Positions 13,451 to 26,735 of a stretch of 64,000 bases of DNA are shown here, in pieces. Source of the DNA: Marsupella aquatica (taxonomy: Eukaryota; Plantae; Marchantiophyta). The stretch lies in assembly GCA_973895155.1 (NCBI GenBank), contig OZ316891.1:11964771-12028770 (forward strand), written 5' to 3'. The notes beneath the pieces were generated by a model. The model was not told where the DNA came from, searched no databases, and saw only the letters and a list, made by a program, of their open reading frames with translations. A program made the position numbers and the translations under genes. Position 1 is the first letter of the stretch, and each line of letters begins with the position of its first letter.

Positions 13451-16325
13451 AATTGGATGTTTAGATCCGTTGCTCTCAAAGCACGAAAAATGGTAGCCCG
13501 TGAGACCGTGTTGAAAGGATTGGACACATCCACCGTAGGACAACCCAATCAGGGTTGAGATCCAAGGTAGCTTGGATACCCGCAATGATAGTCTCACAAC
13601 CTCCAGGAACGCCCATTGCAAACTGATGTGGAGAGAGATGGTCTGATAGTGCAGAACGATACTGTGATGTGAGTGTGCGAGACACAAGACATAGAAAAAC
13701 CTCTCCAATGGCAATGGGCCAAACTCCCCGGGATGACTTAGCAATGGCTAGTAATTGCGGTGCACTCAAAATGTAAGAGACCAAGGGAGGCAAGTGCCCT
13801 GCTGCAATACACTGGCAAAATGAAAAGAAAATTGGAAAACCTGATTGACGGTCTTCAGGGGGAATAAGTCGCAAAATGCTCAAAAGCATAGCCAGAAGGG
13901 CCCCCAGCAGAACAATGTGGAGCATGGAGTAAGGCAAAGGTGAAATATTCCCTACTAAACTGAAAATCCTCCTTGGGCTCAAAATACTCCACGAATAAGG
14001 GAAGTTGGTCATAGGGTTGTGGATGGAGATCATGAAGGGCACTCAAGGTGGCACTCACCAAGAGGAGCTCGTGTGGTGAGAGAAAGGGCCTGGACAGCGC
14101 GACGATATTCTCCAGCCTCGGCTAAATGAAAAACTCGGCAAAGGTGCCTATGCTCAGGAGGAGTGGAGTGATGAGCTGGTTCAACAAAGCACGTGCGGTA
14201 AAGGAGCAAGCTTGGAGAAAGTACTCTTCTTGAAGTTGCTCCTAATCGTTTCTCAAAAAATAGATATACGTGAAACAGTCTCCTGGTGATCCACACGATC
14301 ACCATGACTAGGGAGGGTAAGAGTCCAATGTGAAAAAAGCATGAGCAAGAACCAACAAGAGACCTCCAAAGGATGCGCAATGATAAGTTGCATGATTTGC
14401 AACAAAGAGGACCAAACCAATGGACGCAACACATGAGGAATGTGGTTATAAAGACGGGGTCTAATGTACCCAAGATGGTAGGCTGCAATGGGGTCCATGG
14501 TGCGAACCCAACGCCAAGTCTGCTCAGATACCTCCAAAGAGGGAGGGCAGAGCTAATAGGATCAGAAGGGGTCTGGGGTTGGGACTGCGCCTACTGACGA
14601 CATTGGCCTCGCCCTCGATGATGAGGGAGGGAGATGCCAACGCAACCACAGTCCGGACAATATATTAAAATATACAATGAATTTTAACAAAGAATCAAAC
14701 TTTTTACATAAAGGACCAAACAGAGTACAAAAGGACAAACACCAGTCAGACCAAACAAAAACCAAACTCAAAAGAAATGAGCAAAATAAAACAGCTAAAA
14801 ATTGAGCAAGAAGGTAAACAAAACTAACAAAAATGGACCCAGATACTAATGAATGAACTCAAATCAAGCTAAGCACTGTAAGAAAGTTGTATTCTCGCTC
14901 TACTGGGTTTTAATTATTAGCTTTATGATTGTTCGAGGAAAGGAAAGTGTCCATCCTGGTCCTAGGCCAAATTTGATACTTTTTATTTCTCTCAGTGCTG
15001 TAGCACTAAAGTTCAATTCTCGCAAGAGCTCCTGGATGGCACCTTTTTAATCTTTTTGGTTTCTCAACATTCTTTTTTTAAGTGGATTCCTTCAATAAGT
15101 GAAAAAAAAACACAAAAGAGAATGCTCAAAATCCGACCTCCCTGCCCCATCCTAAACTATAATACACAGTTGCGCCAAAAAATGGCGTGGTCGTCATTCA
15201 AATTTGGAGTGTCCTTTTGGGTGAGAATAATTGAAACCTGTAAATATGGAACCAATAAGGAGGAAAAAAAAAGGACCGTGAGGAAACCTGGTACAGGGCT
15301 TGGTGTGTACAAAACAAGTACACAAAGATGCACAAGACAGGTACTATTGTACCTTCAGGTACAGCATATGAGCTCATTACTCTTAGGAGCCCCAGGTACA
15401 AGGTACAAAGGGGATAGAGGTCCTGTAAAAGGAGGTACAATTGTACCATCAGAGTACAACTTTTAAGAGAGAGGGATGAGCGTAGCTTCTTTCCTTTTGG
15501 AGTTTGGAGCTCTCTATTCCAAGCCCATGTGAGCTTATAAGGGCTCCAGGCATTTAATGAGTACTTTTAAGCAACAACAACTACCCAATGGCAAGAAGAG
15601 GGAGTGTGAAGAGGAGCAATACCCATTACCCAATAGCTAGAAGAGGGAGAGCGATGAGGGAGAGTGAAGAGGAAGGGATGATGACTCATGAGACTACCCT
15701 GGCCCTGGCCTCATCCAAACAACGTAGTTTTTAGGTGCAAACTTTTGCCAAATTCCACCTCCCCAAAATATGTTCACCACTTTTTCCGTCACTTTTGCCA
15801 AAAAATTGCTAGATTCTTTGCATACCATTGGCCACTCTCCCACCAAATCATGGACCCCATTTGCCAAAATCTAACCGTTGTACGTCAATCTAGGGATATC
15901 TGATGAAGAAGATATAATTCAAGAAAAATTGTTGAAGAATACTCCTAGCATTTCCTTCCTTTGAGAGGCTGACATTTGTCACACTGGCCAAAAACAAAAA
16001 AATAATGTTGTAAAAAATGCTAGACCCAACATCCCGGGGTGGAATGAAACCCGAGACCCCAAGGTCCCATCCCCAACCTAACTCAATCTTGCCCCGGGTT
16101 CCAACTCCCCAACAACCCCTCAGTTGTTGTTATGTCTTGCCACTTTGTTTAGCACAGGAAGAGGCATGGGGTGGGGGCCAAAATATCTGGACCAAAGTTG
16201 CTCTGGGGGTGGCAGGTCCTCCAATGTTGGAAAGTGTTGCAAACCACACCACCACCCCAGGGGGGCATGGTATTGGCAAGTAAGGAGCCGAGTAAACTTG
16301 GATGAGGTTACCAAAGGGGTTCCAT

Positions 16326-16835
16326 GCAAGGGGTAGGCAAATTGTTTTGTTGAAAAGTGGGCTGAGTCGTGCCGTTGCCCCAAGGGGAATTGGCATTGGG
16401 GCGGCCACAGCCAAGTAAGCGGCCACGGTCAACTTTAAGCAAACTAAGCTTAAAGTAACCAAAAAATTGGGGTTACTGATGGGGTTCCAAGATATATGCA
16501 AGGGTAGGGAAAGGGCCGTTGAAAAGTCAGCCAAGCTGCTCCGTTACCCGAGGGGGTCTTGACATTGGGGCGGCCAATGCCAATTAAGCTATTGCGGCAT
16601 CTTTAAGTAAGAACTCTAAGGTAGCCAAAACTTTGGGCCCAATGGGGTTCTAAGATACAAGGGGTAGTGAAGAGTTGTTGAAAAGTCAGCCAAGCCGTGT
16701 CATTATCCCAAGGGGTCTTGGCATCCTGCTCGGCATTGGGGCGGCCAAAGCCAAGTAAGCAGCCATGGTAACTTTAAGTAAAAAGCTTAAAGTAACAAAA
16801 ACTTTGGGGTTATCAATGGGGCTTCAGGATGCAAG
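16326..16835. repeat. Diverged tandem repeat, ~160-170 bp x3
   Basis: Recurring GTTGAAAAGT...CATTGGGGCGGCCA...CTTTAAG...ATGGGG blocks. Confidence 0.75.
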
Positions 16836-16899
16836 GGGTGGCAAAAAAGTGGCAACAACTTAACAACTTTTTTTACTTAACATGGTTTACTAGCAATAT

Positions 16900-18150
16900 T
16901 TTCAATTGTACTTAAGAACATCTTTTACTTCACAACTTACATCTTTGTCTAATGATATCCCTTTACTTATCGACCATTTTGTACTTAACAAAAAAATACT
17001 TAATAACATCTTTCGTAAAACATCATCTTTTACTTGAGAACATCTTGGACATAAAGACATCTTTGGTGCAACGACATCTTTTACTTCACAACATTTTTCA
17101 CATAAGAACATTTTTTCTTCACGACACCTTTGGCATCACGACATCATAGTTCTTAATGACATCTTTTTACTTCACAACATCTTTCACATATTAACAACTT
17201 CTTTGGCAACATGACATCTTTTTTCTTAAAAAAATCTTTGACAACACAACATGTTTTTACTTAACAAAATTGTTGGCAACATCACCTTTTTTCATGACAA
17301 CATCTTTGGCAACACAACATATTTTTTCTTAACGACATCTTTTGTGCAACGCACGGGTATTGAGTCATCTTTCACATATTAATGACATATTGGGTGAAAC
17401 GACACCTTTTTATTTATAACATCTTTTACTTCACAATCACTTAGTTTGGCAAAATGACACCTTTTTCTTAACGCCATCTTTCACATAATGACATCTTTGG
17501 AAAAATGACTTCTTTTTTCTTAACGACATCTTTTTACTTCATGACATCTTTCAGATAACAACATCTTGGGCGACACGACATCTTTTGTGCAATGCACTGA
17601 TATTTTTCCTCAATGACGTCTTGGCCAACACGACATCTGTTTTCTCAACGACGTCTTGGCCGACACGACTCTTTTTTCACAATGATGTCTTGCCTGACAC
17701 AACATGTTTTCTCTCAATGACGTCTTGGCCGACATGACATCTTTTTTCTCAACGACTTCTTTGCCAACACAAGATCCTTTATCTCAATGATTTCTTGGCC
17801 GGTCACACGACATCTTTTTTATCAATGAGATCTTGGCCAACACGACATCATTTTTCTCAACGACCTCTTGGCCAATACAACTTTTTTTCTCAACAACCTC
17901 TTGGTCGACACGACATCTTTTTTCTCAACCAAATCTTGGCCGACATGACATCTTAGTCGACACGACATCTTTTGTTCTCAACGACATCTTGGCCGACACG
18001 ACATATTTTGTTTATCATCAACATCTTGCCGACACGACATCTTTTGTTCTCAAAAATTTCTTGGGCGACACGACATCTTTCTTCTCAACAACCTCTTGGC
18101 TGACATGACCTCTTTTGTTCTCAACGACAGCTTGGCCGTCACGACATCTT
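16900..18150. repeat. ~37-bp minisatellite array, probably internal to a Helitron
   Basis: Many degenerate copies of TTTTCTCAACGACATCTTGGCCGACACGACATCT leading up to a Helitron 3' end. Confidence 0.85.
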
Positions 18151-18177
18151 TTGTGCAACGCACGGGTATTGAGCTAG
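18150..18177 (+). mobile_element. Helitron 3' terminus
   Basis: TGTGCAACGCACGGGTATTGAGCTAG|T, a typical plant Helitron end motif. An internal copy lacking CTAG is at ~17343-17364. The 5' end was not located. Confidence 0.75.
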
Positions 18178-20263
18178 TTGACTCATAATACTCCGCTCAA
18201 GGTACAGCTACAACCGGAAGTTAGGTAAGCCTTCATGACCGACGGCGATGACTGTGCAGCATCCGAATCTCAACGCCCAACCATCGATGCCCCAACCAGA
18301 GCCTCAGATGCCGACCGTCAGCGTAGTCGACCTTTGACGGTATGTAGTAGGCCCCACAACGTTCGCCCTCGTGGCTCAAATCGTGGACGTTCGTGGCGCA
18401 GATCGAGTGGCTGAAAGTGGTACAAATTAAATTGCAGAAAAGTGGGCCCGGGTCCATCGGGGTTCGGTGAGTGCGCACGCGACACTTGGATCGCCTGCGG
18501 CATATCTTACCACAGAAGAGAAACTGAAGGACAAAAGAAAACGCAACTGTATCCCGAAAGAAAAGAAAAGGCACACAGCAAAAGTTCCGCCAGTAGAGAG
18601 AATAATCCTGCCTGCCATAAATCCACGAGCCTCGATGGAGCGACGCCCTTTCTCAGTTTCTCTGCTCATTCTCTCTCCGCACTTCAGATCGTCTGGTCCT
18701 CGTGCCTACGTGCTGATCTGGGGTCCGAGAAAGATTTCGTTTTGGGAGAAAATGGGACGACGGCGTGTATTTCTCGACGATCTACACTTTCTTCTCGCAG
18801 GTTGGAAGTTCTGAGTTCGTCGCTGCAACCTCGTCTGCATTTCGTGAAATGAATGAAGTGGCTGCGGATCGGTTTGCTTGCTTGGAGTTGAGGCGCATGC
18901 ATTCCCCATTCCCATCATGGTATTTGCTCATCGCATTGAATTAGACTTCGCCGGTGGTCCATCCAGCGTTCCAGCCGATTCGTACTACCTGTGGTTACGT
19001 ACGAGGCCAGACAGGCCGTTGGAAGCCTGTCGTCGGCAGAAGCTTAGTGTGTTCTCGTCCTGCGAGAAAGGAACGAATCCAAACGCGCTGATGAGATCTT
19101 TTGGAATGGATTTCCTTCCGGCCGCTTTGTAGAATCTCATGATGAACCCATCATTTTGTTATTACAGTTTGACAGATATATTGATTGGTTAAGGGGATGA
19201 GGGAGTACCGGGGCTACGGCCGCGTGGGTTCAATTGATCATTCTGCGGATTCCTTCACCGGAACGCGTTCGTCCAACTGAGAGTTTGATAGTTGAATGTC
19301 TACGATACCTGCATCTACTCGACTTGTTGGGAATCCATGATGGAAGAAAGACAGAAAAAGACCATGTGACCGATAGAAGTAAACACTTGTTCAAACTTCT
19401 CCGGCCATCACCGAGTGTACAGGAAATCACATCACACGACTTCGCCAGCCGTTCTTCAGTCGTCGGTACCAGAAGCAGTCTACTCTGGTCCTTAACCTTA
19501 GTCGTTACTCCGGACTTGGAATCACACGTACTGGCCTTCCTCATTGAGTCTCGGCTAGCTTCAACTTCATATTGGATCGATGTACACATGGGTACGTTCA
19601 TCTTCTACTCTAGCGACAATCCAATCTCAAGGATGACGAGCAAGTTTATTCGGGCATTCCACCTTCACAGTTAGTTACTAATCAAGCCTATAAACTCGAA
19701 TTAACCAATCACTCCCAAAGAAAATATTGTTCTAGTTTCCAACCTTCCAACGACCCAACCAGTGTGGGGATACTCGATTCGTTTCGCCGTGCACTTCTAT
19801 CTCATCACCCCATTCATTTGAACACTGGTGGTGAATCCCGTGGACTCGACCTAGAGACGTTGTTGAATCGGCAGATTTCTCTATCCTGAAGCCATCGATA
19901 GGTAGACTTCCATAACCTCATCGTCTTAATGTCATTATCTAACATCGTCACCGACTGGAGTTGCAGCTGAGCTGTCTCCGTAATCTTCCATCCCTTTTAG
20001 TTTCAACTTTCCTGAGGCCTGGGAGATTGCGGTAAAGTCACCATTTATGCATGTAACGAGACTGGTGTTTCGGACCATCCTCTGCACGGTGCCTTCTAGA
20101 TTCAACTTGAGCAAGCCTGCTAGTGTACTGGTGCTCGGATTCTACATCAGAAGCTGCTGTAACTTGGGATTACTACATCACACTACCCGACGTGAGCTTA
20201 GAGCGACCATTTCCAAGAAGACGGAATCATCGTAGAAGGACGCAAGGACGCGAGCTCCAGGCC

Positions 20264-23200
20264 ATGGGGCAAAATCTTTCTATCAGCCTAATCAGCTGCG
20301 GGAACAGATTGGTTCAACAGCTCATATTGGCAGTACGCGAAGGAGATGTGGGTCTTGTTCAGCAAATCCTCGACAATGATCCCAAGCTTTTGAATAACTG
20401 CGTGTTCTATGAACGTCAGACACTTCTCCACGTCGCAGCGGGGCATGGCCAACTCGAGGTATTTTCTTTGTTCTACCTTGTGCGTTCTTCGAATTGTTCT
20501 ACTCTGGGGGCACTTGCTCGCATGTGAACGAGGAAGTAGTACGTAGGATATGATAATTATCGACAACCTCCTACAAATGAATTAATAATTTTCACTGCCA
20601 GAAACTACATATTGATCGATTGACAATCCCAAGATCAGTCTAATTTCGTCTTCAAACCTTTGCTCGTTCTCCTTTCACGGTCGTCTCGATAATATTAGCT
20701 CGGTTGGAACATTGAACTAATGTTTGCCCATTAGGATGGCTCAGTCTTACTTATGAAATTGCCTATCCGTTGCATGAATTCCAACGTCTCGTCCAGCAAA
20801 GTCTTCTGTCAGTATCTTTCTTGGGATGGTCCCATGGTAGTCAATGAGCCTTCTCATTTCTTCTAAATTAGGCTGCCGACCACAGTCACTCTACTGTAAG
20901 TACTTCTTCACAGGCAGCATCGTGCGGGCATGAAGAGAACTGTTAAATTTAGATTGTTCCTGCTTCAGTCATCTTTTTGGATTAGTGCTGCTCCTTCACA
21001 GCGACATCGATAACTTTTGGTGGATTCCCCCTCCACATGATTACGAAGTAAAGTTGCGTTTATTGCGTTTATTGCGTTTTGAAAATCTTGAGTGTCAATC
21101 ACCGCATTCTCGAATCCCGGAATCCTCGTGAATCTGAGATGTACTGTACATTGCCGATTGCCTTCCACGCCCCCAATAAACACGCGCACGTAGATTTAGG
21201 AGACTTTCAAATCCAATTCAGGGATTCTCTACCGGCCTTCGCGTGAGGGGTGCTCTAGTGTTTTTCTTGTGGGGCCTGGGAATCTACACTTGCCGTCGAG
21301 CGACCACGCCATGTACAGTAGATGTGCAAGCCCAAGAGATGGACATGTCTGTGCAAACTATCGTCAAATGGGCGGCCACTCGGAAAATGAATTGAAAAGT
21401 CACTTTGGAAAATGATTGTGAGTGGCGTGGGGCTTGTGCAGTTGTCACGGTCGCTTTGACTTCTCCAGCTTGACACGGGATGCACGCCAGGGTCAAGCGT
21501 TCGTGAATTCGTAAATTTTTCGCGTTTTCTGATAGTGTCTGACATTTCGTTTTCTTCAGGTGCTCTCTATGCTTTTGGAACGAGGCGCCCGTCCGAATGC
21601 TTTGAACAGGAATGGACAGGTAACTCGTGATCAAAGTATTCTATCATGTACTAATTGCATTGTTCTGCTCCAGTCAGCTGGTGCCGTGGCATATCTGCCT
21701 GATATGACACAAGGAAGTTCTCGCCCAGTAGTGAATCCCACGTAATTGACAATTAGTCGGAGATTGAGTGCGCGCATTCTCCTCAGTTATCACTACGTAC
21801 TCCGCACGAATTTAGCATCCAGAATTCATGGAGACACAAGGTCTAATTTTCTGCCATGTGCAATTGCAGACTCCCCTGATGCTGGCATGTAAAACTGGAC
21901 GCTGGACGTGTATAGAACCTCTTCTAAATGCTGGTGCCAATGTGAGTAGACAGCATTCCTGATTACCACATCTCGTAATTTCCAAACATCTTCCAGAAAT
22001 GTCAACCGCCCTGATTAGTGTTGGAATTATTTCTCGGTTAAAGTCATTTCTCCATGTGCCTGTTCCCACCTATGAGTCATCACGGTCTCTTTTGGGTGAA
22101 AACTTACATGCTGTCTTCTATAACCTTTGCCACGGCCTCCTTTGACTTGGGCTTGAGGAGATCGAGAATGCTTGACGTAGATGCGAACGATTACTGACAA
22201 AAATGTTGGAAAGCATGTTTGGAAATTGCCTTTAGTCAATTCATTTCACATTGACAGTTTGTTCACTGTGAGAATTGTTCTGTTCGTTGATTGGTGCAGA
22301 TTTTGGGTTTCGATTTCAAATACGGGAGAACATGTCTACACTATGCCTGCCGGGGTGGCCACACGGACTGCGTCCGCAATATTTTGGATGCATCTCGGCG
22401 AGGCCCGGTATCTCATTCATGGGGTCTTGCGAGATTTGTGAACGTGAGAGATTGCAGAGGCCAAAGTGCTCTGCATATGGCTTCGAGGATGGGACATGTG
22501 TCTGTGATGCGCATGCTGCTTGACAGTGGCGCTCTTGTGTCTTTCACCACCGCCGCCACCGAGAATGGGTAAGTGATCTCTTCCTCTGCCTATCCGCCAC
22601 TTCCGTTCATCTGCGAGCCAACTGCCTCTTTGCAAGTCGTTAACTGTTCATTCAACTCGGATCATAATGTTGTCCCCCACTTTTTGTCCAATATCCCATC
22701 ATTCTGTCTCTCTTCTGAGACGACCTTTCGCCGATTGGGGTACCTTGGACTTTTGCTGTGCTCATTCTCATTTTCTGGATTTGTGTGTTAACTGTCCTCT
22801 CCCGCGTTCCAACGTTTTCCATTTCTATGTGGTGACAGATTGAATTTGGTCTTGAATTGCAAAAATGTTCGGAAAGCTTCAGTTCTCAGTATGCTCAGTT
22901 TCTAAAATTAAATACAGACTAGACTGCTGTGGAAGGACAGTGTTCCCCATTCGGGACTAGCTGGGCTTACACACAGAGGGTGGAGTGGACTTCAGCGGCC
23001 GCCGCCTCTGTTATTTCATCGCTTTCAAAGACGAACTGAGTTGGATGCCTGACTGGAGGGAAAGAACTGATTGTCTGGTGCAGGCCTGGTCGTGGAAGCT
23101 CACCAATCCACCTCGCTGCACGCGGGGGGTCTGTAGAGTGCGTCAGAGAGCTTTTGGCTTGGGGAGCCGATCGTAATCAGCGCAATCGCACTGGGTGAGT

Positions 23201-25082
23201 GTCTCTCTCGCGACTCCCCTTCGACAACGTTATTTCACTTGATGAAATCAAGGCGTTCGCTCTCTTGACGTGAACAATTCCCGTGAAAATTGAACATGGT
23301 AAGATTATTTTAGCTTCTTCGTCGAACCATGCCTTGGAAGCTTACTGTAGTTTCTACTGTACCGATTCCAAGGTCCACGGGAAAGATGGATCCTAAAGTA
23401 TGGGAGAATCTTAATATCAGAAGTTCGTAACTTTAATTTTGAAGCGCATTATTTTACGAAATGGTGAAGCTGCTCCTAAAATTTGGGCGATGGTCAAGGG
23501 CGAGCAGGTGTTTGATACCGTGAGGAAGTTCCTACTCTATTGCAATGTCAGTATGCAGTTCAGCTTCCTACGAGATTTTGATAGCCGTCAAAAGCAATAA
23601 ATAAATGCGCATTGTTTTTAACAGAAAAGCGACGAAAATAGCAGCATCAAAAGGCTACGAGAGGGAAAGGAAAAATGGTGCGCCACAATTCGGATCTGAC
23701 ATACGGACATGCGATGTGTTTCCAGGTACACTCCTTTTGGTATTGCGATGAAGTACAGGAACACTGCCTGCGCAGCTACACTGAACCCCCAGGCCGCTGA
23801 GCCACTGGTTTGGCCGTCCCCTTGGAAGTTCATGAGCGAGGGCGAGCTTGAGCCTGAGGCGAAGACGGTGTTACAAGCCGCCTTGGCTCAGGCCAACATC
23901 GAACTAGACAGAGAAATTGCCATCCAGGAGGAGGCACGAAAGTCCAACGCCAGGAAGTCCAATGCGCGGAGACTCCCTCCAAGTTCAGTCGCCTCTCCAC
24001 ATATCGAACAACGTGCTTTTCCAGGTGCAAACATTTTACTAGAGGCAGACACGGCGGTGCCCGCGGAAACACCGTCCACAGAGGAGGCAAGGATTTCCGT
24101 GGTCGGCGAACTTCCGAGTGAAACACCCACCGAACCGGCGCGAATTTCTGTGGTAGGAGATCTTCCCGATGGAGATTTCCCAACTGCTAGTCGTGCTGCT
24201 GTTGACGTAAGACCCCTTTCCTCTCTCTACAGTCTCCACTTTCCACCGCTTGATCCGCTCCTGACTTCTCAACTTCCCAATCTTGGGAATGATCTCACGT
24301 CTGCCAATTTTGCTGAGCCCCCCGTCGTAGAATCATACCGTGTCACACATGAATAAGAGTTATCTGATAATCAAAACCGACTGTAGCTATACCCCTGCAC
24401 TCTTTAACGCCCACCATTGACGAACGGTTACCGGGGAGTATTTCTTTGCTTTCCAAACGCATCTCTATCCCTGATGCCATGTGTCTTCCTTGATCGAACG
24501 CATTTAATCTCTGCACTGTTGCTGCGTTTCTAACAGAATATGCGTAGAGAATTAAAAGGCTTGTTGAATAATCGTCCACTGTTTTATAATTTGTTGTCCT
24601 TGGTCCAAATCTGAAATTGCCTTAGTTCTGAAATCTGGATTGACTGATTTGGTTTTTTGTTGTTGAATCAGACGGGAGGCATTGGCGTCCAGGAAGTGTG
24701 TTGTATCTGCTTTGAACAATTCTGTACAATTGAGGTGATGGAGTGTGGGCATCGAATGTGTGCAACCTGCACTCTCTCACTCTGTTCTCACAATAAACCT
24801 AATCCTGCTATACCCTATTCCCCGCCTCCGTCGTGTCCCTTCTGTCGTCACAGCATCGGGCATCTGATCCTCGCCCGACCTAAGCCTAAACTCCCCGAGA
24901 CTCCAGAGAGGAAACCTAAACGCAAATTAAGGAGATCAGGATCCAAGAACTCCAAAGGTGGGTCGGGTGGCTTCGGCTCCTTCACTGGCTCCATACTCGG
25001 TATCAAGAGACATGCATCTTCCGGCAGAATTGCAGACGCTGACTGGCTCGACCGATGTGGAAGCATTAAGCTTGGAGCTTGA
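20264..25082 (+). CDS. XBAT31: XB3/XBAT31-like ankyrin-repeat RING E3 ligase; exons 20264-20458, 21560-21619, 21870-21941, 22300-22568, 23084-23194, 23726-24206, 24672-25082
   Basis: MGQ N-terminus; ankyrin repeats (QTLLHVAAGHG, TPLMLAC, RTCLHYAC, SPIHLAARGGSVECVRELLAWGA); AAEPLVWPSPWKF motif; C3HC4 RING CCICFEQ...CGHRMCATC...CPFCR. GT-AG junctions keep frame. Confidence 0.92.
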
Positions 25083-25247
25083 GCGAGGTGGACTTGAAAC
25101 TTTTCACCCGCTCGAGCGATTTTAAATCTCCATTGTCGAATTAGGAATTGCAGACTCTGATACCATGTTTCAAATAGTTAGAACAGAGACATACATCGAC
25201 TGTCTTATTGAGGAGGTTGGGAACTTTCTACCTTGTGTCCCACTCAA

Positions 25248-25386
25248 TGGAATCTGATTTAGTACTTAGGTCTGATAAAAACATTATTCTAAAGCACAAT
25301 TCATATTGATCATGAGTTGGAATCTGATTTAGTACTTAGGTCTGATAAAAACATTATTGTAAAAGCACAATTCATATTGATCATGA
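25248..25386. repeat. Two-copy ~70-bp tandem duplication downstream of the E3 stop
   Basis: TGGAATCTGATTTAGTACTTAGGTCTGATAAAAACATTATT...GATCATGAG present twice. Confidence 0.85.
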
Positions 25387-25793
25387 GGCCCCAAAGGGCT
25401 TGAACCGATGTGTGGCAATTGTCATACACGTACGTTCAGCTCTGCACTTTGGAGGTTGGTGAAAACAACTGAAGTGGAGGATTGAGACTCAGTGATATGT
25501 CTACCTCCATTTTTCTGGGTTGATCCCTGGAATCCAACGATTATCATATCACCAGTCTTGCCTCACATTCTAAAGGTTCGTTCCCTTGGAGGGGTGGATT
25601 GCCTGCCCCATAGATATATGTATAGATATCTAAGTAATTGACTTGGATCCTCCCGACCTCCTCCCGACCGCCGACCTAGGGAAGTACGATTTAGTTAAGT
25701 CATATTATAGCTGGGCTTCGTGCTCGATTGAATCCAGTTGTACTTCTGTGAATTTGATCAACCTAAAACTTTTTTGCATTTGGAGGTTTTTGA

Positions 25794-25996
25794 GTGGACT
25801 TGGCAATTCAAAACGGCCAGAAAACAAGGATACTGCAAAGACCTGTGTTGCAATTCATCATAAGGTGGACTTGGCAATTCAAAACGGCCAGAAAACAAGG
25901 ATACTGCAAAGACCTGTGTTGCAATTCATCATAAGGTTTTCTCCCGTGTGTCTGACTTGTGTGGCAATTCATCATAAGTTTCTCTCCCGTGTCTGA
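25794..25996. repeat. Tandem duplications (~71 bp x2 plus shorter partial copies)
   Basis: GTGGACTTGGCAATTCAAAACGGCCAG...GCAATTCATCATAAG repeated. Confidence 0.85.
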
Positions 25997-26735
25997 GATT
26001 TGTTCAGGATTTGTACTAACAGTTCTTGCCAAGGTCAATACACAACTGAGTGCCCACACCCAGAGTTGAATAACCATAGCGAAAGGTGATACAAATAATG
26101 ACTGACTTTTCAAGCAATCGCTTTCCTGTGCTTTGAGCTTGGAACTAAGCAGGTTGGCTTCTCAAATATATACGACTTCCACCTCTACAATCTGGACAAA
26201 TTTAAAACTCGTTATGTGAATCGTTCTGAAGAGTAAACGGCTCAAATGAACGTGCACCTTTACCGCAATAATGTGGCCGCAGTGCTCGAAGATGATGCAA
26301 ATGTTGTAAGACACCGCATCCACTGAACTGCAACACTAGAGTGCACCAAGAAGTGGAACATGTGGAGAATCCGAATGACACAGTTGCCGGCTCGACAAAA
26401 AACAAAGCGAAATTATGGACAGTTTCATATTTATTCAAAATCAATGAATGAATGAGTTGCAATTGAGTTCGCTCTGCTCAAAGATCTAATCTAAGTGAAT
26501 TGTGGAAACTCGATGTCGCACCCAACCACTTAAAGTGGCGATACGCTTCCACCGGGGTACCATTCCAACTCCCAGAGCAGGACAGGGTGCATCAGAGCTC
26601 CAGGTCGAAAACCTGGTCGTCAAAATTTTGGCTGTCACCCAGCTAATAACGAGGTGCACAGAGCACAAACTGGGTAAGTAATTCCGTCGAAGGAAAAGAT
26701 CCCTTCATCCATGACCTTAGGAGCAAACGAAACGC

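Larger units (their letters stand above)
9644..14640 (-). mobile_element. Decayed non-LTR retrotransposon, RT plus restriction-like endonuclease (CRE-clade-like), split by two insertions
   Basis: RT motifs GVWPIAIGE, QFAMGVPGGCE, GTRQGDPL, FSDDTHI; C-terminal Cys/His knuckle (CTCRKPCD...HLLRC..GGE), RVDL...LADVVVTNP nuclease motif and VALQRAQARAI tail. Many stops and frameshifts. Confidence 0.85.

Noticed and set aside
18233-19674. Cluster of 100-146 aa ORFs upstream of the E3 gene
   Set aside because: Overlapping on both strands with no homology cues; consistent with a GC-rich promoter, 5' UTR and intron.
25155-25170. CTCTGATACCA-TG, a PBS-like motif after the E3 stop
   Set aside because: No LTR pair or gag nearby; at most a tiny relic.
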